Of a stretch of DNA of 32,000 nt, positions 9,455-18,332 are shown one piece after another. The position numbers and the translations under genes were made by a program. This DNA is from Hyperthermus butylicus DSM 5456 (GTDB lineage Archaea; Thermoproteota; Thermoprotei_A; Sulfolobales; Pyrodictiaceae), in assembly GCF_000015145.1 (NCBI RefSeq), contig NC_008818.1, forward strand, positions 720,001-752,000, read 5' to 3'. Each line of letters opens with the position of its first letter. Within the stretch, counting starts at the first letter, position 1. The notes beneath the pieces were generated by a model. The model saw nothing but the letters and a program-made list of their open reading frames with translations. It made no database searches and was not told where the DNA came from.

Positions 9455-10816
9455 CTACCCCTCCATCTCCCTCGCTATGTCCCGGTATGCTGGTATTAGG
9501 TTTGCAAGCTTCGTCCACGTCTCCCGGCAGTAGCTCTGCTCGGGTAGGGGCCTCGGCTCCGGTGTCGGAGCAGGGTCGATAGCTATTGTACAGTAGACCC
9601 TCGGTGCTATCTGCTCCTGCTCCTCCCAGTCGCCCTCCAGCACGCCTCTGCCTAGGAGGCGTCGTATCGCCTCACGGTACCTGGGGTGCACAGGTTTCGG
9701 CTTCGCCTTGGCGAAGGGGGTGCCTGGCAGGGGTATGAAGGTGTGGAGCCTCAGCTGCGCCCCCATCTCTGCTAGCTTGTACATCGCGTCCACAGTCTTC
9801 TCCACGGCCTCCTCGTCCTCGCCCGGTAGGCCGAACAGTATGTCCACCACGGGGCGGAACCCATAGCGGACCACTAGCTCCACTGCCTCGAAGACCTGCT
9901 CCACTGTGTGACCGCGGTCGGAGACCTCTAGCACCCTGTTGTCACCGCTCTGGAGCCCCAGGGCTATCCTCCGGTTGGCGGCGAGCCGCTTCACAACCTC
10001 TAGCACCTCGGGCGTCACGTACTCAGGCCGTGTCTCGCTAGGGAAGGTGCCCAGGTAGGGTATACCCCCGGCTCTCCGGACGGCGGTGAGGAGCTCCTCT
10101 ATCGCCTCCACGTTGGGCTCGCCGGGCCTCCTCGACATGTAGGCGAAACCTATCGGCGCCACGAACCGTATATGCTTCTTGCCGGCAGCCACGTAGTCCC
10201 TCACAGCCTCCTCCACAACACTGGGGCTACGGTACCTTACGCGGGCCTTGAAGAGCCATGGCACCTGGCAGAACCGGCACCGGAACGGGCACCCCCTCAT
10301 AATCTCTATCGGCGGGTACAACCTATACCTCCTACTATGCGGCATATAACTGTCCAGGTCCACCAGCTCGATCCTCGTAATGCGGAACCTTCCATCATCG
10401 CGGAGCGCTATGTTTGGCACATCATCGAGGCTCCTCTCGCCGAGAAAGTGCTCGGCAAGCGCCACTACCGTGTTCTCGCCGTCACCCACGACGGCTGCGT
10501 AGACGCCCATCCTTAGGAGCTGCCAGTAGGCGCCCTCAGCGTGGGGCCCGCCAACAACCACAGTGAATCTCGCAGTGTTGCGGGCTAGCTCTGGTAGCAG
10601 GTCGAGGAAAACAGGGCTGGAGAGACCGTAGAGCAGCACCACCCGGCGCCCACGCCTCTCAAGCTCCGCAGCAACAGTGGCGGGGTCCTCCTCGACGAGA
10701 ACCATGTCCACGCTGCGTCCGAGGAGCCCAGCAGCCTCTAGCGCTGAGGCTAGGTGTGCAAAGGCGTTCCGCGCGCCGTAGACGCTCCTAGCGACAAACA
10801 CTAGGTCGGCAGGCAT
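9455..10816 (-). CDS. B12-binding domain/radical SAM protein (MJ_1487-like)
   Basis: 453 aa. N-terminal VVVGGPHAEGAYWQLLRMGVYAAVVGDGE B12-binding-like segment. IMRGCPFRCRFCQVPWLFKARVRYRSP CxxxCxxC motif. FGLPGEDEE. Confidence 0.9.
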   Translation of the reverse strand: MPADLVFVARSVYGARNAFAHLASALEAAGLLGRSVDMVLVEEDPATVAAELERRGRRVVLLYGLSSPVFLDLLPELARNTARFTVVVGGPHAEGAYWQLLRMGVYAAVVGDGENTVVALAEHFLGERSLDDVPNIALRDDGRFRITRIELVDLDSYMPHSRRYRLYPPIEIMRGCPFRCRFCQVPWLFKARVRYRSPSVVEEAVRDYVAAGKKHIRFVAPIGFAYMSRRPGEPNVEAIEELLTAVRRAGGIPYLGTFPSETRPEYVTPEVLEVVKRLAANRRIALGLQSGDNRVLEVSDRGHTVEQVFEAVELVVRYGFRPVVDILFGLPGEDEEAVEKTVDAMYKLAEMGAQLRLHTFIPLPGTPFAKAKPKPVHPRYREAIRRLLGRGVLEGDWEEQEQIAPRVYCTIAIDPAPTPEPRPLPEQSYCRETWTKLANLIPAYRDIAREMEG

Positions 10817-11016
10817 CCCCGGCCAGCACCCTCCCAGCAGTTCTCCAGGCTAGTGGAGGGCTATGCGGCAACCGTCTATGCATGTATCGTAGCCCAGCAG
10901 CTGCCACCGTCTACGCGGCAGGCTGCTGTACGGCTGCTGTGGGGGTTACAGCTGGTTTAATTGCCTCCCCACAAGTATCCCACAGAAAGGTAACGATTTA
11001 AGGTGACTTTGATGTC

Positions 11017-11487
11017 GTGGCCGTCCAGACACTATTCCTCGAGGAGCTAATGGGCCCCATAGGCCGCCTACTCTTCCTAGTAGCAGCCTGGCTCCTCATA
11101 TGGAATACACAGATGACCGTGGCTGAGGCCCTGGTGAGGGATCTAACCAACGGCCTCTACCTAGCCTTCGACAAGGTGAGGAGGTGGGCTGGGAAGGACG
11201 TCATGAAGCTGTATTTCACCATGTGGTCAATCTACATAGCGGTATCATTCATCCTCATAGCACTACAGTACTTTGTGCCGGGTGCAAACCCCTTCGCCTA
11301 CGTAAAGCTGGCAGCATTGCTATCCTTCCCGCCGATAATACTCTCATCACTCTACGCGGCTGTGGTGTTGCTGCGCTTCAAGAAGCTCCTGGACAAGCCG
11401 CTGCTAGGCCTACTCAAGCCTAACAAGCTAGCGGTCATGGCGCTGGCGGCAGCGGTATACATGGCTGTAGCGGGGGTAATCGCCTGA
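11017..11487 (+). CDS. Small uncharacterised membrane protein
   Basis: 156 aa with about four hydrophobic segments (LLFLVAAWLLIWN, LYFTMWSIYIAVSFILIALQYF, ALLSFPPIILSSLYAAVVLL, VMALAAAVYMAVAGVIA). Sits between two opposite-strand radical SAM genes. Confidence 0.65.
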   Translation: MAVQTLFLEELMGPIGRLLFLVAAWLLIWNTQMTVAEALVRDLTNGLYLAFDKVRRWAGKDVMKLYFTMWSIYIAVSFILIALQYFVPGANPFAYVKLAALLSFPPIILSSLYAAVVLLRFKKLLDKPLLGLLKPNKLAVMALAAAVYMAVAGVIA

Positions 11488-11494
11488 GCCTCCT

Positions 11495-13054
11495 CTAGCC
11501 CCCACCATGTTCCACGCTGTTCCCATTCTCCGCCTCGGCCGTCGAGTAGGTGTAGGCCCGTTCTAGCGCCTTCAGTGGCAGGCCCAGCCTCACCAGGCGG
11601 TGCCAGCGGGGCTCAACAGGGCCGTAGGCGTAGCGGTCTAGGTTCACGCCGAGGCGCCTGGCTGCCGTCCATAGCTGGCCTAGGCGGCCTCCCAGCCGGG
11701 CCCACTCGTCGACGAGCCTGGCGACCGTCTCGTCGCCCCTCGCAATCACCGTCTGGGCGTAGGCGTACCTGTAGCTCAGCGGCTCCACCGTCAGCACCTT
11801 GCTCTGGGCGCGGCGGAGGATCCTCACGCGGCGCTCGTAGGTGGCCCGGTCTATCAGCCGGTGGAACTGCATTGGTGTGTGGGGCTTCGGCACCATGGGG
11901 TTAACCGTGACCCGGATCGCCTCCCGGACCGGCGGCGCCCGCCTACTCAGCTTCTTCAGGGCCTCCGCGTACTCCTCCACGTCGCGGTCCGTCTCGCCCG
12001 GGAGGCCCAGCATGAAGTAGAGCTTGACGTGCATCCTCCGGGCCCAAGCCCACCCCGCGATCTCCTCCACCCTGTCGTAGCCTATGCATTTCCCTATGCC
12101 CCTGCAGAGCCGGGGGCTCAGCGTCTCCGGCGCAACCGTGACCACCCTCTGGCCAGCCCGCGCCAGGAGCTCCACACGGTCCTCGTTCAGCGTGTCGGCG
12201 CGTAGGCTCCCGATACTCGCCTCCAAACCCTCCCCGATCACGTGCTCGAGCAGCCTGTCGGCGGCGGGGTGGTCGAAGAAGCTCAGCGCGTAGAACGCGA
12301 CGCGCCGCACACCGTTAGCCTCGACGCCCCGCTCAATCAGCTCCAGGAGCCTGCCGAGGCTGCGGTATCGCAGAGGCATGAGGAAGTGGGCCTCCATGCA
12401 GAACCTGCACATGTAGGGGCAGCCACGGCTAGCCTCAACCATGTAGGCTTCGCCCCAGGGCTCCCCGCTCCCCGGCACACGGAACTGCACAGTTGAGTGG
12501 AAGGCTGAGTCGAGATCGCGCACAACAACCTTCTCGACCCCCTCGCAGCCCGGCGCCAGGAAGCCAGGCCTACACTCGAGCTCCTCCAGCGCCCTCCACG
12601 GCCCGTGCTCGTAGGCCTTCTCGGCGAGGAGAGGCAGGAGGGGCTCAGCCTCGCCAACCGCGACCAGGTCCGCAAACTCCAGAGCAACAACCGGGTTCAT
12701 GCTCGCGACGGGCCCACCCACAACAACCAGGGGGCCCTCGCCGCGCCTCATCTCTCTGCGGAGCAGGGGGAGCCCAGCAGCGTGGAACAGCCTGCCAAGC
12801 GTCACATAGTCCAGCTCATAGCTCACCGGGACAACCACGACATCGAACTCCCTTAGCGGCCGCCCAGTCTCAAGGCTGCGGGGAGCCGGCTCCGGCCCAG
12901 CCATCGACCTGGCCACTATACGCTCGGCATACACGTACTCGAGACTGTTGAGCAGATAGTACATGTTCTGGTAGGCGAGGCTAGCCACAGCAGCCTCGTA
13001 TATGGCAGGGTATAACAGCCCGACACGGAGACAGTCCCGGCACCGCTTAACCAC
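11495..13054 (-). CDS. B12-binding domain/radical SAM protein (MJ_0865-like)
   Basis: 519 aa. PLVVVGGPVASMNPVVALEFADLVAVGEAE, EASRGCPYMCRFCMEAHFLMPLRYRS CxxxCxxC motif, LYFMLGLPGETDRDVEEYAEALKKL. Confidence 0.9.
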   Translation of the reverse strand: MVKRCRDCLRVGLLYPAIYEAAVASLAYQNMYYLLNSLEYVYAERIVARSMAGPEPAPRSLETGRPLREFDVVVVPVSYELDYVTLGRLFHAAGLPLLRREMRRGEGPLVVVGGPVASMNPVVALEFADLVAVGEAEPLLPLLAEKAYEHGPWRALEELECRPGFLAPGCEGVEKVVVRDLDSAFHSTVQFRVPGSGEPWGEAYMVEASRGCPYMCRFCMEAHFLMPLRYRSLGRLLELIERGVEANGVRRVAFYALSFFDHPAADRLLEHVIGEGLEASIGSLRADTLNEDRVELLARAGQRVVTVAPETLSPRLCRGIGKCIGYDRVEEIAGWAWARRMHVKLYFMLGLPGETDRDVEEYAEALKKLSRRAPPVREAIRVTVNPMVPKPHTPMQFHRLIDRATYERRVRILRRAQSKVLTVEPLSYRYAYAQTVIARGDETVARLVDEWARLGGRLGQLWTAARRLGVNLDRYAYGPVEPRWHRLVRLGLPLKALERAYTYSTAEAENGNSVEHGGG

Positions 13055-13186
13055 AACACCATGCTCACGCAGCAGGAACCACCCACGCTAGTATCCGAGA
13101 GCCAGCTACACTTGTACCCCTAATAGCATAGCAGCTGCTGGAAGAGAAGGGCTTGTGGCTGCAGCGTTTCTACTGCTACCACTACA

Positions 13187-14449
13187 TCACCATGCGGGTG
13201 TGCCCAGTTGGCCCTGCAGATGTTTCCGCAATAGTATGCGGTATGCTGGGAGCTGCCATGCATAGTACCTGCCAATGCCTAGCTCTTGGTTGGCGGGTAT
13301 GGATTCGCCTGTCAGCGTGGCTATAGCCTTGTATATGAGGAGATTGTGTTCCACGAGAAGCTGGCCTACCTGCTGGAGCCCCGGCGTGGCACTAGTGATA
13401 ATGCTATCTGGATCCTCGAGCACCTCGCGGAGCTCAGCTAGGAGCCCGCGTGCCTTAGCCTCGGCGAGTACCGGCACGATAATACTGGCGTCGAGATCCC
13501 TAAGCCACGCCTTGATGTTCCACTGGTAGACAGTGGCGATCTGTATAAGAGCCCTGGGATTACCACCCGTAAACCTCCAAACATCCCCAACGAGTTCCGT
13601 GCCGGGAGCCCCGAGAAGCCCTGCAAGCTCCTCGAAGCCCTCACGGGGCAGACCCCATAGAAGCTTCACTGACACCCATGTAGGGTGGCGCTTCAGCTTC
13701 TCCAGGCTCAAGCCCTCACTCGTAGATGCAACCACGAGCACCGATGCTGGATTCTTCTCGGCCAGATCATACTCCACGAGCCTTAGAAGACTCTTAACAT
13801 AAGCCTCGACAGAGTCGAGACCCAGAGGCCGAGCAACATCGTCCACAACAATAACAACATGCCTCCCCTCAACAAGTCTCCTCTCAATACTTGCCAATAC
13901 ACGGGCGACAGCATAGACGAGTATAACACCCAGCGGCCCGCCGCCAGCGCTGCGCACAGCATCCAGAATCAGGCGGCGAAGCTCATCCGACCCGGCAACA
14001 GCACGTCCAGGATCACGCTCCTCCAGGGCATCAATATATGCTACCAGATAGCTGCTATGCTCCCTCAGCCGGGCAACAAGCTCCCTCAACAGCCTAGTCT
14101 TGCCACAGCCCTCCGGCCCATATAGGTAGATCGGGACCCCAGAGCCGCGCTCGGCAAGCCCGAGAAGGATGGACAGCTCAGCAGCCCTGTCAACAAATCT
14201 AACATACACCCCTAAACCACCTGGCCAGCGGGACGCCAGGGCATGAAGTCCTCGTGGACGCCCAGGGGAGAGACCTACAAGGCCTTCACGCTTATACCTT
14301 CCCCTACACCCCTCCATGCATTGAGGAGTATCAACTCTTGGAGGGCCCCCTAATAGACCTCTAGTACCGCTAGCCGGGGCGAGCCGCCAGGTACTATAGC
14401 GGGATTCAGCAAGTATACATACTCCGTGTGGCCAGATGTCAACCGACAT
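13187..14449 (-). CDS. Archaeal P-loop ATPase (ATPase_2/Cdc6-like AAA); ORF start probably over-extended
   Basis: RFVDRAAELSILLGLAERGSGVPIYLYGPEGCGKTRLLREL Walker A, HVVIVVDDV Walker B-like, GNPRALIQIA sensor-2-like. The first about 60 residues are probably not coding. Confidence 0.8.
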   Translation of the reverse strand: MSVDIWPHGVCILAESRYSTWRLAPASGTRGLLGGPPRVDTPQCMEGCRGRYKREGLVGLSPGRPRGLHALASRWPGGLGVYVRFVDRAAELSILLGLAERGSGVPIYLYGPEGCGKTRLLRELVARLREHSSYLVAYIDALEERDPGRAVAGSDELRRLILDAVRSAGGGPLGVILVYAVARVLASIERRLVEGRHVVIVVDDVARPLGLDSVEAYVKSLLRLVEYDLAEKNPASVLVVASTSEGLSLEKLKRHPTWVSVKLLWGLPREGFEELAGLLGAPGTELVGDVWRFTGGNPRALIQIATVYQWNIKAWLRDLDASIIVPVLAEAKARGLLAELREVLEDPDSIITSATPGLQQVGQLLVEHNLLIYKAIATLTGESIPANQELGIGRYYAWQLPAYRILLRKHLQGQLGTPAW

Positions 14450-14668
14450 ATGCGGCGGTGTACGGCTGTACCCGGGTTGTGGAGAGGTTTGCTCCTAGCC
14501 ACACTATGCGTGTCCCTCCTCGTCCAAGCCTTCCCACTGCATGCTGTGGCGATGGGCGAGAGTCTGTCCAGGGGCTCGGTGCTCCAGTACGTGCTCTCCA
14601 CGAACGAAACTGAGGGCTCCGTCACCCTGAACGTTACAGCAAGTAGTAGACAATATTATAGCCGTTGA
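14450..14668 (+). pseudogene. Truncated N-terminus of a possible secreted protein
   Basis: MRRCTAVPGLWRGLLLATLCVSLLVQAFPLHAVAMGESLSRGSVLQYVLSTNETEGSVTLNVTASSRQYYSR*: signal-peptide-like start, then a short Ser/Thr/Asn-rich mature part, ending where an opposite-strand PIN remnant begins. Confidence 0.3.
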
Positions 14669-14689
14669 GGACGCTGCTGTGCACACTAT

Positions 14690-14930
14690 GCCTTCGACGG
14701 TGTATCCGTGCTCTCTGAGGAGCTCTATGAAGTTGTGGTCTATAATTAGCAGGGGGATGTTCTCAGTCCTGGCAGCTGCATAGTGTAGCGCGTCGATGTA
14801 GTTGCGGTGCCCTGCATGGTATATCCTGGCGGCCCCCATTACGCCTTAGCCGCGGCACGTAGGTCGTGGGTTCTGCGAATAACCCTAATCCATATCCCTG
14901 CACTGCCAAGCCTGCGATGCAGTCCAGGGT
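14690..14930 (-). pseudogene. PIN-domain C-terminal remnant
   Basis: GHRNYIDALHYAAARTENIPLLIIDHNFIELLREHGYTVEGIV matches the PIN C-terminal half. No N-terminal VLDTSVLI-type part precedes it in frame. Upstream frame gives RVIRRTHDLRAAAKA before a break. Confidence 0.55.
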
Positions 14931-14974
14931 CTACGGCTATAGATAAGGGCTCATGAGGGTGAGTTGGGGTCCGT

Positions 14975-15444
14975 CTACCTTAGTCTTGGCAGTATCTCCT
15001 CCCACGACGGGACCGCTGGGGGTTTGGGTGCTCCACGGGTGTTCTGTAGACTGTGGAGCTCCCTATCCTCTGTTAGGAGTACAGCGTTGTAGTAGCATGC
15101 CGTGGCGTATATCATGCGGTCGAAGTAGTCCCTGACGCCCATTGCGAGCAGCTTGTCGGCCACCTCATCTACAGCACTATTCGTGGTTATCGTCTCGTGC
15201 AGCCTATCCTCGGCTTCTAGTGTTTCGAGCCCCGCCCGGTACTCTGCGAGTAGCCTCTCACGGAGATCGGGGCTGCGCCTGGCCAGCCGGAGAATTATCC
15301 ACTTAGCCTCTACGAGGAGGAGCGGCGTATAGTAAACCTCGTATGCGTCCAGGAGCCGGGGAAAGAGCTTCTCATAGTCTCGGAGTCTTACTTAACGCCA
15401 AGGACCGGGAGGAGATAGGTAGTGTCGAGGAGCAGCCTAGCCAT
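14975..15444 (-). pseudogene. PIN-domain (VapC-like) gene with a 1-nt frameshift near 15388-15392
   Basis: ATG at 15444(-): MARLLLDTTYLLPVLGVK* (TAA at 15388-15390). The adjacent frame continues LRDYEKLFPRLLDAYEVYYTPLLLVEAKWIILRLARRSPDLRERLLAEYRAGLETLEAEDRLHETITTNSAVDEVADKLLAMGVRDYFDRMIYATACYYNAVLLTEDRELHSL. Confidence 0.85.
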
Positions 15445-15742
15445 AAACCCCCTCCTCTGCCTGGGCCTCCTCGCTGAGCCTCTCAGCCCCCCCAGGCTCG
15501 AGCTCGACAACTGTACGCCGGATCTTCTCCTCAAGCGGGGTAACAGGCTTTATAACAAGCTTATCGCCGACAATGTAAGCCCTAACAACAACCCCCTCTC
15601 TAATGCCGAGCCTCTCACGAAGCTCCCTCGTAGTATAGATCTCGCCGCGCCTCCCGACACGCAGAGTAAACGCCTCCACAGCAGCCGGAACCCCCGACAC
15701 ACCGTAGACGCGTCGGAATAGTATAAACCTGCTCTGAAGCAC
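15437..15742 (-). CDS. AbrB/SpoVT-type antitoxin (VapB-like)
   Basis: FTLRVGRRGEIYTTRELRERLGIREGVVVRAYIVGDKLVIKPVTPLEE AbrB motif, immediately upstream of the PIN gene with a short overlap. Confidence 0.85.
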   Translation of the reverse strand: MLQSRFILFRRVYGVSGVPAAVEAFTLRVGRRGEIYTTRELRERLGIREGVVVRAYIVGDKLVIKPVTPLEEKIRRTVVELEPGGAERLSEEAQAEEGVYG

Positions 15743-15941
15743 AGCTCCTCCACCGGCAGGCTAGAGAGATGATCAGAATAATACTATCCACGCCTCGAAG
15801 CGGCAGCGCCAACACATGGAGACACCGTAGCACAGGCTGCAGGGTACCGCGTAGACGGGGCCATAGCACGACCCCTCGGGGCCGGGAGCGACAGCACTAA
15901 CACTCTGAAATGCTATGGTGGCGTCTGTATCCATGCCCTCC

Positions 15942-17180
15942 TTAGCCTCTATGCGTGGCGGCTGTGCTGCGCTTTCGCAGGTGGTCTGGGAAGAATGCTG
16001 CCAGCATTGAGAGGGCGGCGGTGTACAGTAGCGCTGTCACCCTCAGGGGGAGCTCCACGTCGATGTCAAGCAGGGCGCCGCCAACGCTCCTCCCCAGCCC
16101 CACGGGGACCTGCCACGCCAGCCCGAGGAGCGATGAGCCGCGGCCCCTCAGCTCCCATGGGATGAGCGACATCTGGAACGCCTGGTAGAGGGGGCTCGCC
16201 ACGTTCATCAGTATGGTCCTCACTATGTACAATGCTGCTGCCACGGGGAAGCTATCCACGAGGGTCATCGCCACGAGCAGGGGTACGCTCGAGCCGGTGA
16301 GTACTAGGTATGTGCGGAGGGGGCCTCCCACCCTCCTGCTGAACCTGGGCATGTAGAGTGTCAGCACTCCCATAGCAGCCTCCTGCACGCCGAACGTCGT
16401 CCCGAGCTCGGCGCTAGTCACGCCGTACTTGAGGGCAAAGTAGTAGTCTATATTGTGTATGGAGAGGGCCGCGCCGAAGCCTATCACCAGCTCGACCAGG
16501 AACAACTTGTATATCGTCCTCCACGGCACAGACACGCGTCTCCTCGGCCCGTCCACCCCCACCGCACAGGCAGCCCTGGGCTCCCTGACCCGCGCGTAGA
16601 GGGGGAGCGTCACGGCGAGCAGGACAGCCGCCCCCACAGCCAGGAAGAGCCTGTAGGACTCCAGCAGCGGCGCCCCCGTAGCACGGGAGTAGATGATGGG
16701 GAGCCAGCCCATGAAGCTCCCCAGAGCGCCGCCGAACAGGTTGGCCGCGTTCATGTAGGAGAAGGCCTTGTCAAGCTCCGCGTCCGGAGCCGTCCTGCTA
16801 ACCAGAGCAGCCACCGCAACCCAGACAGCCCCACCCCCAAACCCTGACAGCACCGACGAGGCCAACGCGGGGTAGAGCCCGCCAAGCGAGAGAACAGCCG
16901 CCCCCACCGACCAGGAGACAACACCAGCAATAATCACCCCCCGGGACCCATACCTGTCGGAAACCCAGCCACCCACAAGACTACCAGCAACAGACGAGAA
17001 CACCGACACAGAGCCTATCACGCCGTAGAGCGTCCCGCTAAACCCCTGGCCCCGGAGGAAGGGCGCATACACGCTCCAGAGCAGCCCGCCAATCACCTGC
17101 GACGCAAACGCAGCCACCAAAACCGGCCAGAGCCTATCCAGCCAATCCTCCCCCATACCCCACACAACCACCCCAAACAC
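15942..17180 (-). CDS. Major facilitator superfamily transporter
   Basis: 412 aa with about 12 hydrophobic segments. GGWVSDRYGSRGVIIAGVVSWSVGAAVLSLG between TM2 and TM3 is the MFS loop motif. A related repeat is ...PWELRGRGSSLLGLAWQVPVGLGRSVGGAL. Confidence 0.88.
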   Translation of the reverse strand: MFGVVVWGMGEDWLDRLWPVLVAAFASQVIGGLLWSVYAPFLRGQGFSGTLYGVIGSVSVFSSVAGSLVGGWVSDRYGSRGVIIAGVVSWSVGAAVLSLGGLYPALASSVLSGFGGGAVWVAVAALVSRTAPDAELDKAFSYMNAANLFGGALGSFMGWLPIIYSRATGAPLLESYRLFLAVGAAVLLAVTLPLYARVREPRAACAVGVDGPRRRVSVPWRTIYKLFLVELVIGFGAALSIHNIDYYFALKYGVTSAELGTTFGVQEAAMGVLTLYMPRFSRRVGGPLRTYLVLTGSSVPLLVAMTLVDSFPVAAALYIVRTILMNVASPLYQAFQMSLIPWELRGRGSSLLGLAWQVPVGLGRSVGGALLDIDVELPLRVTALLYTAALSMLAAFFPDHLRKRSTAATHRG

Positions 17181-17481
17181 ACCATGAAGCTAAAAAAGTT
17201 CAACCACACGACCCACAAGTAATGCCACGCCACCACGTGACGTACCATAACGGACACAACAAATACAGGATAGTAGCACATGCTAACGCAAACACACATG
17301 CACACCGTCTCCAGGCAGAAGCCACAAAAGCCACCGGCTCGGCAGGTGGCGAGAGAGCCATGGCGAAGGCCTAGGCCCGGCAGCCCAGCCCCAGCCGAAC
17401 ATCCTGTAGAACAGGTCCCTACCAACGTAGAACCCTAGCACGACAAGCTACACCGGCATCCCGGCAGCCCGCCAAGACACT

Positions 17482-17814
17482 CTAGCTCTCCACGAACTCT
17501 CTGAAGCGCTCAGCTTCATCCAGGAGATAGAAAGCATCTACTCCGGCCCTTCTAGCATTAATATCTAGCATTAATAGCTTGCACCCTATCGTTTGCCGCG
17601 AGTGGAGCATCTAGCACGCTAGCCAAGCCTATCCCTCTCCCAGCTGAGGATCTCGCCGGGCTCCTCACCGCCTTCACCAGGCTGCGGATCTGCCTGGCAA
17701 ACACGACATATCCTCGTAAACCTCGAGGACAACCTCCTTACCCTCCCGCAGCTCTAGCCTCCCAAGAAGCCTCAGCACAACCCCCTCATAGCGGGCACGG
17801 ACGACACTAGGCAT
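17482..17814 (-). pseudogene. AF2212/DUF104-like antitoxin gene, broken by a 13-bp tandem duplication and a 1-nt frameshift
   Basis: MPSVVRARYEGVVLRLLGRLELREGKEVVLEVYED then a frame change into YVVFARQIRSLVKAVRSPARSSAGRGIGLASVLDAPLAANDRVQAINAR. Removing one 13-bp repeat copy continues in frame as RAGVDAFYLLDEAERFREFVES*. Confidence 0.65.
17551..17576. repeat. Perfect 13-bp tandem duplication (tctagcattaata x2)
   Basis: Direct read: 17551-17563 and 17564-17576 are identical tctagcattaata. Confidence 0.97.
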
Positions 17815-17854
17815 AAACCCCAACCCCCTGTCTCTCCAACAGTGCTGCACACCC

Positions 17855-18223
17855 TTGTTCCACTCTTATTATGTAGCGTATACCGCTATCTATCATGTGT
17901 GGGGAGTAGCGTTGAGCGGTTATGTGGAGTTAAAGGTGCCCAGGAGTGGGCTGCAAGTGTTGCTGAGGGCTATCGAGGCTAAGGCTAGGAGGCTAGAACT
18001 AGAGATAACCGCCACGCTAAGCAGAATCAGAATGTTCGAGGAAAAGTATGGGATGAAATCTGAGGAGTTCCTGTCACGCTACATGAGAGGAGAGCTAGGC
18101 GACAGGGAGGAGTATATGGAGTGGTATGGAGAGCTAGTGTTCCTAGAGAAGGCAAGGAAGGAGCTAGAGGAGCTGAAGAAAATTGCGGGCACAGCCTCTC
18201 CGAGAATACCTGGAAAGGGTTGA
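17855..18223 (+). CDS. Small charged helical protein, possibly the antitoxin partner of a TumE-type module
   Basis: 122 aa. VELKVPRSGLQVLLRAIEAKARRLELEITATLSRIRMFEEKYGMKSEEFLSRYMRGELGDREEYMEWYGELVFLEKARKELEELKK: helical, charged, typical of small archaeal TA partners. N-terminus may start later. Confidence 0.55.
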   Translation: MFHSYYVAYTAIYHVWGVALSGYVELKVPRSGLQVLLRAIEAKARRLELEITATLSRIRMFEEKYGMKSEEFLSRYMRGELGDREEYMEWYGELVFLEKARKELEELKKIAGTASPRIPGKG

Positions 18224-18281
18224 AGCTAAGATAAAGGAGCTAGAGCCACTAATTTCATCCCTCCAAGTACATGTAGAGTAG
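18183..18281 (+). pseudogene. Possible truncated toxin start (TumE/DUF6516-like) overlapping the preceding gene
   Basis: TTG-initiated frame MRAQPLREYLERVEAKIKELEPLISSLQVHVE* overlaps the end of ORF 17855..18223. N-terminal-like segment only, ends at TAG 18279-18281. Confidence 0.3.
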
Positions 18282-18332
18282 AGAGCGCCTACTAGGCTCG
18301 TCCTAAAAGGCGTAATTTCCGGATGGTTTTGC

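Noticed and set aside
12493-12951. 152-aa plus-strand ORF within the second radical SAM gene
   Set aside because: Gln/Pro/Arg/Ala-rich antisense frame with no domain features. The opposite strand is clearly coding.
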